Shown: in pieces, positions 13,928 through 28,113 of the stretch | Layout: every line of letters starts with the position of its first letter | How positions within the stretch are numbered: the stretch's first letter is position 1 | Assembly: GCA_963693365.1 (NCBI GenBank) | Contig: CAVNZM010000012.1 | Location: forward strand, 8,064,001 to 8,128,000 | Direction of reading: 5' to 3' | Source of the DNA: Amoebidium appalachense | Taxonomy: Eukaryota; Protista; Ichthyosporea | Length of the DNA stretch: 64,000 bases | Notes under the pieces: generated by a model | Databases searched by the model: none | What the model was told of the DNA's origin: nothing | The model's input: only the letters and a program-made list of their open reading frames with translations | Program-made: the position numbers and the translations under genes

Positions 13928-14809
13928 CTTCAGGGACATGCATATACTTACAGGCCCAAAACACATGCGCATGCATGCACAAGCCCAAACACACCTGCCT
14001 ATGAACGCACACAAGCATGTTACAATCGGTAATGCAGCTCCGCATTGCGCACTTTTAGCAACCTCTCTCTGCTCGTAGAAACGTTTGTTGGCAGCCAGAC
14101 ACTTGCTTCTGTATTTGGCATCTGGCTGTGATTGTTTGTTTTTATTCTTTGGGGGATGGGTTGGTTTGTGTATGTGTGTTGTGTGCGTGCGGGGGTGTGT
14201 GTGTGTGTCAGCGTGCTTTGAGTGTTTGTTTTGTGTGTGTGGTGGGTTTTTTATTTTTATTTATTTTTTTGTTTTTGAGGGGGGGGGTAAGCTTGAGTGG
14301 TGTGCATGATTTTCTATGGCGGTGTTGTGCGTGACCGCGCACGCTAAAACACACATGCGCGCGCGCGCACGCGCACGCGCACACACATGCACACGCACAC
14401 ACACACACACACGAATGCACACACACGTCGGTTTGATCCTCACTGAAAGCACATGTGTTAATTCTGCCTATGCATATAGTGTTTTTCCTTTCCTTATAAA
14501 GCACAAGGCCTGACCTTTTCCCCACTCCCTGGAACACGTGCAGGCAAAAACCGTTCCGAGTGTGCGAGCAGTGTTTTGAGGGACAGGGCCCTGTGGAGGT
14601 AGTCGAGTGTCCCGATGACCCAGGGGCAGCGCGACTCCACCTGCCACGGGAGAGATTCCAACGACAACCGGCACTACCACAGGAACCAGAACAGGTATGG
14701 TGTGTGTGTGTGTTGTTGGATGCATGTGGATGTGGTTGGTGGTGGTGTTCTGGTGCAGGGGTTTGTGGATGTTTCATGGGGTGTTGTTTTGCGGAGGTTT
14801 GTTTTGTGG

Positions 14810-14863
<54 letters not shown>

Positions 14864-15708
14864 TTGCCGTGATGCTGGCATTGGTGTGTGGGTGGTCTGT
14901 GCAGGGGTGGGGCAGGGTGGTGGATGTATGTGTGCTTGTGTGTGTGCGAGTGTGTGCGCATGTGCCTGTGTGTGCTTGTGTTCGTTCTTCCACATGTGTG
15001 CTTGTGTGGTCGTTTTATGGGGTTTTTTTTTCTTCGGGGGGAGGGGAAGGGGGGGGGGGGGGGGGGGGGGGTATTGTTTGGGGCGTGTTGACCCTATGTG
15101 CTTCGCATATTGCTGTGGCATGGGAGTCTGAGCTGGTATTCCGTTTTCTTTTCCTTTTAGGATGTAAGCGAAGGGAATCCTTTCATACACGGCTACAAAC
15201 TAACTCTTCTGATTGGTCCATCTACCTGCAGTGGCAGCGATGCTCCGGGTGTGGTCTGCGTCTGCATGCTGTGTGTCGTCTTCACAACCACCTTGCCACA
15301 CGGCGCATATTCTGCTCCCTGTGTGAAAAGGATGGCAGGCAGCCCATACAGTGTGCCCTGCTGTGTCCGGCAGAAGGTGCGAGGATGCCTTCTTTTCTTT
15401 ATTTCCTCCTTTTTTGGAGGGGGGGGGGGGGGGGGGGTGCTTCTGGGCTTTGTGTATCTTTTTGGATTTGGTCACCGCTTTTCCCCTGTGTGGTTGACTG
15501 TGTGCATACGCATTTCTGCACGTGGTGTGTTTGCTGGGGTTGTAGGAAGCTCTATCACACTATGTATGTTGCTCGTGTTGTGTGTCTGACTGTGTGAGTG
15601 TATGTTTGCGTGTGCGTGTGTGTGATCAACCTTCGCGTGGGACAGTGGTGCATGAACAGTTGCATCCAGACATACACGCACGCAGACACGCATAACGCAG
15701 ACACACGT

Positions 15709-15772
<64 letters not shown>

Positions 15773-16140
15773 CAACAACAACAACAACAACCACGTCGAG
15801 CCATGCCACATGAAGCACCAATTGCATATACATCTTTTACACTTTACACCGCATTCCTAAATCACCCACACCATACACTTCAAAGCACCCGCTTCTTTCT
15901 GACATACCTTTAAATTTTAATATCACGCACAGGGCTGCCACACACGGAGGTAGCAGACCACATAGAAAAACGCATCCAGAAGCTTCTGGAAGGAACAGGG
16001 GCTGAGCCCGTGGTGGTGCGGACACTGCTGAATGTGGACCGTGAGCAGGATGTCTCCCCTGCCGTGCAGAGGAGGTGGGTGTGAGAGACGGTCTGTGTGT
16101 GGGGTTTGGTTTATCTCGCTTGTATAAGGGGATGCTGGTG

Positions 16141-16172
<32 letters not shown>

Positions 16173-17334
16173 TGGTGGTGGTGGTGGGGTAGGGAGGGGG
16201 GGAGGAGGATAATGGATGTGTTTATATGATGAGTAAGTTTTCGTTGGTCGTTGTTTTGCAGAAAGATTGCTAAGACGGGTTTTCCATGTTCAGATATCCG
16301 GACTTTCCCAAGAGCCTTCCCTACCGGCACAAGGCCATCTTCTGCTTCCAGAAGAGGGGTGGCCTGGACATGTGTGTGTTTGGCATGCACGTGTTTGAGT
16401 ATGGCATGGGCTGCCCTGAGCCCAACAGGGGGTGTGTCTACATATCTGTGCTGGACAGCGTCAAGTTGTTTCAGCCCGCTGAGTATGTACTGTTGTGTGA
16501 TGTTATTCTCATGCATTTACGCACGGAGATTGACTATGCACTAAATTGGGGGATTTATGATGCACTAGCATACGGAAAATACGACAAAACACGGAGTTTA
16601 CAAAAAATACGCACCAACACATGGACATTAAGTACAAATACGGAATTTTTTCGCACAAACACGGAAACATGCCGATGTGTGCCAGTTGCTCGAACCGAAG
16701 CACACAACTTGTTTACAACGTACACACACACACATGCACACACGCGTGCACTCACACACACACGTGACACGGTCTTGTTTTCAACTCCTTTGCTCTCAAT
16801 CCCTCGTTTTGTTGTCTGGGTCCTTGCGACATTGGAAATAGTTGGGCACTCATGCCCACACACACACACACACACACACATACACACAGACACAATACAG
16901 ACACAACACATCAGCTCGTGCAGTTCTGCATTCCCTTTTCTCCTCTCTTCGTACCTCACAGGTCTTGTGTCAAAGAGTTATGGTTTGCATGGGCGCGTGT
17001 GTTTGCGCTGTGCGTGCTTGCCTGTCTTCTTCTTATGTCTAACCTCTTGTCCCCCCCCCCCCCCCCCCCCCCCCCCTTTTTTTTTTGTTCTTCAGTCTCC
17101 GGTCAGCCGTCTACCAGGAGGTGATGGTTGGCTATCTCGAACACAGTGCCCGCCTAGGCTACAGCTATGCCCATATATGGGCATGTCCCTCTGCCAACGG
17201 CTTCGAAAACCTCTTCCATGCCCGGCCAAGAGATCAGCAGGTTCCCACGATTAAGATCCTTCGCGATTGGAGCGAGGCCGTACTTAAGAAGGCACAGGTG
17301 CGTCACACATAAGATCCGGGGCCCCCACGCCGGA

Positions 17335-17365
<31 letters not shown>

Positions 17366-17650
17366 AGGAAAGAGAGAGGGAGGGGGAATGGTGGTTGGGA
17401 AGTTTTTTTTTTTTTTTTTTTTTGTTGGGGGGGGGGGGGGGGGGGGGGGGGGGGATCGCTGCTGAATGTGTGGACGGGCTATTATGGATGTGGGTGGGAG
17501 TGTTTTCACCTTCAAGTGTGGAGTTTTCACGGGTGGTGGTGCCAGGCTAATTGTGGCTGAGGGACACAAGTTCGAATGTTTTAGGGCAGGTGTGTTTTTT
17601 GGGGCCTTTTTTTTTGTTTTTGTTTTTTTTTTGTTTTTTTGTTTTTTTTT

Positions 17651-17696
<46 letters not shown>

Positions 17697-17765
17697 TTCA
17701 AGTGATATTGCCAGGTGAGGGTTCGGGTGTTTGAGTAGAGTAGTGTGAGGGATTATTCAGTGAAG

Positions 17766-17831
<66 letters not shown>

Positions 17832-18639
17832 TGGTGGTGGTGGTGTGGGGGGGGGGGGGTTCACGAAGGTTGATGATGGCTGACTGGTGTGGTGGACGTG
17901 TGTGCAGGGGCAGGGTATAGTGCAGAACTACACGACGTTGGAGAGACAGGTGGAGGGGGAGGGTGTGACGTCAGCAACGCAGATACCCCACCTGCTGGGG
18001 GACTACTGGCCGGACATGATCGAGCAGGCGATAGCTAAGGCCGATGATGACGATGATGATCTGGGTACGTGCACGTGCACAATGACAGTCACGTGCACAT
18101 AAGTCATGCTCACATACATGCACACACAGGCACACACACACAAGCACACGTACACATATATATGCACATGCACATTCACGTGGACACACAGGTACCGTTT
18201 AACACACAAGCACATGCTCACACAGGCGCTTGCACATTGCACAGACACGCACACACGTACATGCATGCAGGCACACGTTCAGAATAAAAGGTGCAAACAC
18301 AATCATATTCTCACGTAGGCATGTGCACAGTGCATACACACACACACACACACACATGCACGCACGCACGCACATCCGCACACACACGTGCAGAGGCAAC
18401 AGCCCACGAGCGTGCACGTATACACAGGCACACACCTGCAGACACACAGCCCATTCAAGGATGTGTGCAAGTGCCATATCCACAGTGAACGCAAACTGGC
18501 ACGCACCCTTCTCCGCTCTCATCTAATCCCCTCACCCCTTTCGGATTGAGGGCTCATATTGATGTTCTGCAGCGTATCGCCGATCGACCGGTAGCAGAAC
18601 ACCGTTATAACGTGAAACACACACATCGGAATGCATAGT

Positions 18640-18688
<49 letters not shown>

Positions 18689-19190
18689 ACCTCCCCCGAA
18701 TATTAAGGAAATTTTCTCTCTATTTTCTTCTATAAGCATCCCAATATTACCATAGGGGGATCGGGAGCATTGCCGACATATGGACAGTGTGATCTCTGTT
18801 TACGGCAGTTGAGCGTTTCCTGATTTAGAAGATATTATGGGTTTATACTGACATAATCACTAACCTTTTTTTTTCCCCCCAACAGTTAAGGGGGGCAAGG
18901 GCAAGGGGCTCAAGAAGAAGAATTTGAGGTTCCACCTTAACAGGCAGGTGTCCGAGGTCACGGGCAGCGTGCTAGATCTGATGGCTAGGTCGTCAGAGCC
19001 GTTTCTGGTCGCTCAGCTGACTCCAAATCCTCAGGTGTGTGTTTATCTTTCTCTTCTTTCTTTTTTTTTTCTTTTGCTTTTACTATTTTATTACTTCCTT
19101 CTTACTCTTTGAAGGGAGGGAGGAGGAGGGGAATGGCTGGTTGGTGTGGGTGTCGTGTGGAGGGGTGTGGTTGGTGGGGGTGGATGCGGG

Positions 19191-19224
<34 letters not shown>

Positions 19225-19885
19225 CTGTTCTGGGACATCTTTTCGAAATGGTTTGGTTTTAACTTTCATGTGGTCAGCAGCCACCCCTCCCTCCCTGCCT
19301 TCCCCCTCTTGGGGGGCTCTCTCTTCCTTCCTCATAAGCTTCTGCTTACACCTAAACGGACGCATGCAATGCCTGAATATGGTTGGCATGTGTGCCAAAC
19401 GCACTCCTCTAGAATGCAAATTCTGTGGTCTGTTGGTTGGTGCTGTTTTGTTTTTGTTTTTTTTTGTTTTTTTTTCTCCTTTTTTTTGTTTTTATTTTTT
19501 GTTTTTTTTTGTTTGTGTGCGCGCGTGTGATTTGCCATGGATTTATAACACGGGGCTGTGGTTTGGGGAGCAGATGATGCGACAGGTTGTGGATCCAGGC
19601 CCACCCATCCCCAGCGAGGTCATGGAAACGCCCGAGGTTTTTCTCTACCTGGCCCAGACACACAACTACAGGGTACGTGTGCACACATGTATATACACGC
19701 TTGCACGTGTGGGTGCGCGAGTGCGTGTGTGTGTGTGGGTGGGTGGGTGGGTGGGTGGGTGGGTGGGTGGGGGTGTGTGTGTGCAGCATGCACACCTTCC
19801 CGCATGCACATGCACATGCAACCGTATACAGGCACACCCACATACGCGCTCACATGTTTGTGCCCAGTCATGTCCAGTCATGCAC

Positions 19886-19923
<38 letters not shown>

Positions 19924-20453
19924 GCATGTTCACAGACACACACAGACCTGTGTACGTGTACACGTACGTGCTTTCAAACACAGGGACATCTGCACACATT
20001 CATACGCTTCACATGCACCTGCATCACAGATCCCCCGTAGGAGCTACTTTCGCACTATTGTCACGTGATGGACTATATGTATGTGGGCGGGAGGGGGTAA
20101 GGTGACGATTAGTAATGTGTAGCATGTCGACACCCAGTGTAATGGCAGGCACAGTACACAATCGATTCCACATGCTTGGCCTACTTGCACACACAAGCAG
20201 AGTGGTGGTGGTGTGTGTGTGCGCAAAGAAAGAGACGCCGGGAAGGCGAGGGGTTGGGGGGGGGGGGGGGGGAACACATAATCTTTGAGTTTGTTGTTTC
20301 ATGGCATCATGATATCATATTCTTTCGTCTGTTTTTAATGATCATGTCTGTAAACCAACAAGGTGTGTGTGTGCGCGCGCGTGTGTTTGTGTGTGTTTTT
20401 AAAAGAATATCGATAGGGCGCATACATATGTGTGTGGGAAGGGGGGGAGGGAG

Positions 20454-20489
<36 letters not shown>

Positions 20490-21443
20490 AATGATTACGA
20501 TTATCATCCTGAACTTCTGAATTCTTATCCGGGATCTATTGTGTTTTATGGGATTTTTATTTCTTTATCTATTTACTTATTTATTTTATTTCCAGTTCGA
20601 CACGGAGCGCAATGCCAAGTACAGCACGATGATGCTGCTGTGGCACGTGTCCCGTGATGACGTCAACGGGGACCTGTACGACTACTCGTGCGCACAGTGC
20701 GGCGTGCTGCTGCCCTCCCTGGCCCACAGATACTACTGCCCCACATGTGTGGTACGTGCACGTGGGTGTGTACGTGTGTGGGTGTGGATGTGGGGGAAAG
20801 GGGGGGGGGGGGGGTTGTCTGTTGGTGTATGTAGATGGGTGTGGGTGAGTGTCGTGTCTGTGTTGGTGGGTGGGCGACACGTGCACTGGGTCACAGGGTG
20901 GAGGTGCTTTTTGGGGCGTGGATGGGTTGCTGAGTGGAGTTATTTGCTTTTTGGGGGGGAGGTGTGTGGAAAAGGGGGGGGGGGGGGGGGGGGCTTGGGG
21001 TGTTTGGTGGAATGAGTGTGCGTGTATGAGAAAGGCATATGCAGGGGGGGGGGGGGGGGGGGGGGGGCACTTTTGTTCACCTAAGTTCCGTCGCCTGTGT
21101 AATTATATGGGGCTTACATCTTGCTTTTTGCGTTCCGGGGATGTGCTCGCACAAAGGCAATGTCGTTCGTTTGGAAATGGAAGATGGGATTGTTGGTTAT
21201 GTGGTTAGAGATGCGAACTTTGGTATTACTGCACACGCCCCAAGACATCCCCTGCATCCTTTGACACGTGTGCTTGCTTATTGCTTCAGGCCTCCACCCT
21301 CTTCTCCCCCCCCCCCCCCCCCCCCCCCCCCCTCCTACTCCCCCACTGCCCCCTTCCTCACCCCGTGCACGTGAGAACTGCAACCCTTCCTCTCTCTTTG
21401 GCTTTCTCTTTTTCTTTCCCTCAACCATCAGCCCCCCTCCAGC

Positions 21444-21474
<31 letters not shown>

Positions 21475-22403
21475 AAAAAACACACACACACACACACACA
21501 CATGCGCGCACACACACCGGAGAAACTGAACAGTCTATTGTGCCACGAGTCCTTACCCCCCTTACCTCTCCCACCCCAGGACTTTGACCTGTGCCCACAA
21601 TGCCAAACCAACGGCCACGAACATGAGCTGCTCGTCTTTGGCTTCGAGGACTGCCCTCCTGCGGGCCAAGGTAGATGCTGGCTGTGTGTTTTTTGTTCTT
21701 TTTTTTTTTTTTTTTTTTTTTTGTGGGTGGGGGGGGGGGAGGGGGTCTGGGCTTGAATTGGCCACGTGTGTGTGCTTTTGGAGGAGGCTGGACGTGAATG
21801 TGTGTGTGGAGGGGGGTGGGGTGTGTGGGGGGGGGGGGCTGGGGGGGGGTCCAATATGTCTCTCTGTGTGTGTTCGTGTGTGTATGTGTGTTGGGGGGCG
21901 GGATGGAAACGGTTTGGTCCGTGGTGGGTGATGGGTGTAGTGGTGATATGTACTCTAGAGTCATGGGGGGGGGGTCATCGTTGTATCTGGCTACCTCCTG
22001 CCATTGGCGGTGCACCATATGCTCACCCGATCACATCAGGTCTTGGACTTCCCGACATGATGACTGTGTTTAAGTTTTACTTCTTCACCGCCATTGGCTT
22101 CTCTAGATGGTTAGTTATAGCTCTCCACCTCGATTGGCTGGGCATTTTATGCTTACCCAATCACACCAGGTCTTGGGCTATTGGACATGGCACCCCTGTG
22201 GCAGCGGTTCTGTGAGGCGCTAGACCATGCGTCCAAGTGCCAGAGCCCAGGGGGGGACTGCAGGGGGGATGACTGCCACCAGTTTAGGGCACTAATGGCT
22301 CACCTGCCTGCCTGCAAGTTCAGAAAGACATGCCATACATGCCCACAGGTGCGTGAACGAGTGTTTTTCGGGGTGTGTGGGGGTGTGGGGGGGGGGTGTG
22401 TGT

Positions 22404-22441
<38 letters not shown>

Positions 22442-22949
22442 GGTTGCAGTAGAAAGATGTGTGGTGGTGTGCTGAGTGGGTGGGTGTTGAGGCAGCATGG
22501 CTGGTCTATGGGCTGTGTGTTTCATGGGTAAACACCTTTGAATTGGCTCTTCGTCTTTTGCTTTATTTATTTTTATTTATTTTTATTTTATTTTATTTTA
22601 TTTTATTTTTGTATGTGTGTTGGGGGAGGGGGGGGGGGGGGGGGAGAAGGGTTTTGGGGGGGGAGGGGGGGGTTAAATCAATTTTTGTGAGTGCAAGTGC
22701 TAACTCTCGTTGCCTGTAGGTTGTGCAGCTAGCACTGCACCACGCCAAGAGTTGCACCCGCCTACCGTGTGAGTTCCCCCTGTGCCAGCACGTCAAGCCC
22801 CAGGCCCAGCGCAGGCGCATGCGGCTACAGCTGCAGAGACAGCACCAGGCCATGGCTAGGAGGCACATCATGCAGCTGGCTGGCAGCCCCATGCAGCTGG
22901 GCGCACTGCAGGTGGGTGTGTGTGTGTGCTTGTGTTAGTGTGTGTGTGT

Positions 22950-22980
<31 letters not shown>

Positions 22981-23121
22981 GCGTGTGTGTGTGCTTGGTG
23001 TGGATGTAATCTTTCCCCCTCCCTCTTACGGTGTCAGGTCTGTGGGTGGGTGTGAACCGCACATACACACACACACGCACATGCGGTCAGATATGCATAT
23101 GGACGTAGGGAGAGAGTGGGA

Positions 23122-23155
<34 letters not shown>

Positions 23156-23267
23156 ACATGCTTGTGTTCAGAGACATGTGCATAGGGATAGAGAGTGGAA
23201 AGAAAACGAGAGAGACGTAAACACGTACCCGTCTTTCTCTTTCTCTCTGGCCCGTTTCCCCCTTTCT

Positions 23268-23311
<44 letters not shown>

Positions 23312-23723
23312 TGCCCCCAGTAGAGCTTTACTTCAACGAATACACGTGTAGCTCAAATTCCCGAATCGGTATGTGCCCCAACACTTTAATACGCTCCGTT
23401 CTGACCTGTTTCTTTTATCCTCAATACAGGTGCCGGGCCTGGCGGGCCGTCCTGGAATCGGGGTCGGAAGGGGAGGCAAGCACGTTTCACCAACACTGCC
23501 CTCACCTCTTGATCTCAAGGGACCCATGGGTCCTGGGGTTGGTATGGGTGGCTTGGGTGGCCAGATGAAATCTACGCCCCCACCCCAGACCCAACAGCAA
23601 CAGCAAATGGTGGCTATGCAAAGGGCGGCACATTCACGGTTGTTACAGCAACAACAACAGCAACAACAAGACCAGCTTGCGGCGTTGCAACAACAACAAG
23701 AAACACAGAATTTGCTACAGTTG

Positions 23724-23758
<35 letters not shown>

Positions 23759-24845
23759 ACAACAACAACAACAACAACAACTTCTTCTACAACAACAACA
23801 GCAGCAGCAACAGTTGATACAGCAGCAACAACAACAACAGCAAACATCCACACAGAACATGCCGAACTTTGCGTCAGACCCGCAGCTACCCAACAAGCTC
23901 ACACTCGTTCGCGCGCGCATGCAGCAACTAAATGGGCAAATAGTGGCGAGCTCCAACCCCATCGAGAAACAAAACCTCCAAAACCAACTTCAACAACTCA
24001 ACGCAGGGTTTCAAGCCATGACGCAACAACTACAACAACAGCTACTCTCGCAACAGCAACAACAACAGCAACCAACGCCGATGAACGTTTCCCCGGCTCC
24101 GCAGACGCCCCAACTCGGTACCGCGGGTCCTCAGGCGATCGCGCAACTGAAACGCCGACACCAACAAGCGCAACTGAGTTTACAGCAGCTACAACAGCAG
24201 TTAGCAAACTGCACGTCGGAGATTGACCGGCAGCAAAAGGAGGAGCGAATCCACGCGACGGTGCAAGAAATGAAGAAGGTTGGGACCATGCTTCGCGCGC
24301 AACAGGCGCAAGCGGGGGTAGACGCACTCCCCAACCAACTCTCCCCTCCGCCCGTCCTCCCTGGATCGATGGGTGGACAGATGCCCATGTCTCCCACCGT
24401 CGACTCTACGGGAATGCAACAACAGCAACAACAACAACTGAGCATGCTTTTGCAACAGCGCCAAGCACAACAACAGGCGGGGTTGCAAGGGGCCGGGAAC
24501 CCCGGGCTAAAACCAGAGGTAGCCGCGGAGAGCCGTGCGATTTTGCTCAATCGGTTGCAGCAGTTGCGGAGTCAAAACCCCGGTGTGGACCCGCAGGTGT
24601 TGGTTGCACAACTCAAGCAAGAGTTGCAGCAGAACAGCTTGCAGCAGCAGCAACAACAACAGCAACAACAGGGCGATATGGGCGATATGCAACTGCAACA
24701 ACAGCAGCCAGGCATGGGCGGGTTGGATTTGAACGCTGCGTTGTTGAATCAGCAGCGTCGCGGTGCCGCCGGCCCAGCTATGATGTCGCCGAAACCCGGT
24801 GCACCGGCGAATATGCAACAGCAAATGCTTATGCAAAGGTTGCAG

Positions 24846-24908
<63 letters not shown>

Positions 24909-25655
24909 GCGCAGTTGCTTTTGTTAAAGCAGCAACAACAGCAACAACAACAGCAACAGGCGCAGAACAACCCCCAGGTTATGCAGCTACTCATGCAACA
25001 ACAGCAGCAACAACAACAGCAGCAGCAGCAGCAACAACAGCAACAACAGCAACAACAACAAGCGCAACTGATACAACAATTACTCCAACAACGGCAACAA
25101 CAACAACAACAAGGGGGTTTGGGCCAGGCCGGGTTGGGCGGGGGGCAGAACAACCTCCTTCTACAACAACAGCAAGCGAACAAGGTCTCAACAGCGAACC
25201 TACAACAACTCCTACAACAGCAGCAACTACAACAACAGCAACAACAACAAGGCGGGCAACTAGGCCAGCTTCAAGGGGCGGGGGGGCAGACACAGCAACT
25301 GTACGAACAACTCCGCAACAACCCACAATTGCAACAACTATTGCAACAACAGCAACAAAGACGCCTGCAACAACAACAACAGCAACAGCAACAGCAAGTC
25401 GGCGGCGGGGGAATGGGTGGGGTGGGCGGTGCGCAAACGATGACCCTTCAACAGCAAGTAATGACTCTACGCAACCGTTTGACTCAAATACAGCAACTAG
25501 CGTCAAACCAGGGGGGTGTTTTGACGCCACCACAACAGCAACTTCAGTCGCAAATCACGCAACAGTTGACGGCGTTGATTCAGTCGGCGCAGCAGTCGCA
25601 GGTTCAGAATCAGTTGGGGGGTATGCTGGGGTTGAATGCTACAAATTCTTTGTAG
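5047..25655 (+). CDS. CBP: CREB-binding protein/p300 (KAT3) homologue, ~23 exons: TAZ1-KIX-bromodomain-RING/PHD-HAT-ZZ-TAZ2-polyQ tail
   Basis: GT-AG exons joined by phase: 5047-5095, 5489-6075 (TAZ1), 6365-6389, 7193-7230, 7952-8022, 9778-9880, 10218-10302 (KIX, YYHMLAEKIYKL), 11248-11945 or 11949, 12871-13041 (bromo), 13600-13744 (LGYCC), 14544-14694, 15232-15376 (PHD), 15933-16074, 16294-16482 (FGMHVFEYG, VYISVLDS), 17096-17297 (HIWACP), 17908-18064 (GDYWP), 18886-19034, 19574-19672, 20596-20751, 21580-21670 (ZZ), 22170-22348, 22720-22911 (TAZ2), 23430-25655. One junction (exon 8 to 9) is phase-ambiguous. Confidence 0.93.
5263..5445. repeat. Three diverged copies of a ~35-bp motif in CBP intron 1
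   Basis: gttt(t/c)gcttgtt(t/c)ca(c/t)gc at ~5265, ~5331 and ~5412. Confidence 0.7.
8418..8922 (+). mobile_element. Structured ~452-bp tandem-unit element, copy A (1.12 units), in a CBP intron
   Basis: tgcaccatgcttctcgtcgtgtatgcg recurs at 8418 and 8869 (period 451); near-identical to 51782-52577; poly-C on both flanks. Confidence 0.85.
23430..25655 (+). CDS. CBP: Terminal CBP exon, ~740 aa Gln-rich low-complexity tail
   Basis: Acceptor tcaatacag|gtgccg in frame with ORF 23373-25655; mixed CAA/CAG tracts; TAG at 25653-25655. Confidence 0.85.
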
Positions 25656-25700
25656 GTTGGTGTTTTAAATGTGTTAATGGGGATATATGTATATATGTAA

Positions 25701-25763
<63 letters not shown>

Positions 25764-26818
25764 TCACACACACATATTCACGGACACACACGCCGCCTAT
25801 GCCTCAAGGCTCGGCACTTGTACAAATATATAAGATCGACTAGAATTTGTGTGAGTAGGCGAAACATAGGCGAAAGAATTACTCTCGAAATGAAGCTATG
25901 CATGTTCCTATACTCGGACGTATGGGTGTGAGCCATAATCGGATGTCGAAATCGTGTTTTTTTGTGGTGTCTGTTGCCCTGTAATCCTCACCATAGGTAG
26001 GCTTAATCCAAATATACCAGACTAAGGGCACGAAATCTTCCTTACGGGCAGTATAGGTCCATCACATATGTATCTAAGTTGCCTAGTCTTAGTGACATTA
26101 AAGTAGATGCACAACGGGCACACGTATACACGGGAGGTAATTGTGGGGATTTGTGTTTGTTTGAGGGTTTCGTGACCTATGATTAGATATGTCCTATCTT
26201 CATGTTCTTTGGTGTGTGCTTGTGTTTGTTTTTTTGATGTGTCGTAGGTGTGAAAGGAACGTAAATAGGTATCGAGTGTGTGTTTGTTTGTTTGCTGAAG
26301 TATCGTTGCTACCTAGTCGTCGTTTGTTGGTGGCGCGTAGATGTTTTTTATTTCTGTTTGAGTTGGCTGAGTCTGTTCGTTTTTGCGAGTATGAGTTCCA
26401 TATGCACCACATCAATAATGAAAGCGAATACTATGTAGAAATGATAAATGTCTGGAATGCGGTGAAAAAGTTACGCTGCTGTTTACACAGTTAATAGAAA
26501 CACCGTACCGATACACGTCCCGATCCTCCCTCCGCCCCTCCCTTCCCCCCCCCCCCCCCCCCCCCCCCCCCCTCTCCCCCTCCTCCTCCTCGATCATCCC
26601 CATGGAGTTGATCGTTTGCGGGTCTTCGGGGACACTAATGAGGGGTGTTTGTGTGTTCTCCGATCGCACACACACACACAGCTGCATGCATGCACGACCA
26701 CCGACTTACACTCAACACTCGCTCTCACACACTTTCGCACACACAAAAACCGTCACGGTGGCATGCACGCACACATCTGCAGCAGGCCTGGGCTTACAAA
26801 CACGCACACGGCACGCAG

Positions 26819-26869
<51 letters not shown>

Positions 26870-27483
26870 CACGCACAAGCGCGCGCAACACCCCAAAATG
26901 GTGACTTTTGCACATGCACCTGTGTTAAAATTTGCGCAAAAGCAACAGTTTACTGACCGTGACGACCACATGCACCAGTACAACACTAACTCCTATATAT
27001 CAAGATAATGCCTCGGAGAGACTGCATGTGGTATTGTTTAAGCCCCCTATAACACGTTCTATACCACCTGCGATCCACCCAGAGCCAAGTTAGACCCTCA
27101 CATGTAACATTCACATCGACCGTGATAGCACATCCCCCCCAGTGGCACTCCTCCCCCAATTTTCAGCAGGCTCACAAGCTAGCGATGTTGCTCTCTATAA
27201 TTGGCTATGCCTATATATGGTGTGAAAAAAGAATAATATCGTAATAACTAAGGGATGTTCGTGTATGATCGGCACGGTCGATGAAACCTTTTTTAGTCCT
27301 CCCGGATTCATGCTACCACCTGCCATGGCAGCCCAAAATCCCCTCCTCTCCACCCCCTCCCCTCCCCCCTCCCCCTCCCTCCCCCCCCCCCCCCCCCCCC
27401 CCCCCCTCCCCCCCCCCTCCCCTCCCCCCCCCCCCCAAAAAAAAAAACAAAAACAAAAAAAAACGCAGACGTATAAAATAAGT

Positions 27484-27520
<37 letters not shown>

Positions 27521-27563
27521 CCCCCCCCCCCCCCCCTCCCCCCGCCCCCCTTCTCCCCCCCCC

Positions 27564-27595
<32 letters not shown>

Positions 27596-27714
27596 AAAAG
27601 ACTCAAATGAGTATACTCCCCCCCCCTAACTCCCCCCCCCTGCTCCCCCAGTCCAAACAACACCACAATCGCCCCTCCCCTCTCCCCCCCCCCCCCCCTC
27701 CCCCTCCCCATTAT

Positions 27715-27715
27715 A

Positions 27716-27772
<57 letters not shown>
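27715..27772. repeat. (TA)n microsatellite
   Basis: Direct reading. Confidence 0.95.
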
Positions 27773-27775
<3 letters not shown>

Positions 27776-27933
27776 TGTTTATATGTGATATATATCATGT
27801 ATATGTATCATAGTAAGGGAAAATTCGCCCGGAGCCGCAAACTTAGCCATACATATGTATATTCTCATCCTCCTCCTCCTATATCCTTCTCCTAGATCTC
27901 CAAACAACACCCAAGCCACAAGCATATTACTCC

Positions 27934-27964
<31 letters not shown>

Positions 27965-28113
27965 AAAAGAACAGCATTGCCAACTCCGGGATGAAAAGGG
28001 CTAACAGACTATGAAGAGCAGTAGCCGGCTCTTCATATCATCGCGCATGCGCACGTGTGGCACTGTGTAAGCGGCGTGAATGGTGTGTGTTAGTGTCATT
28101 GGTACACGTGTAG

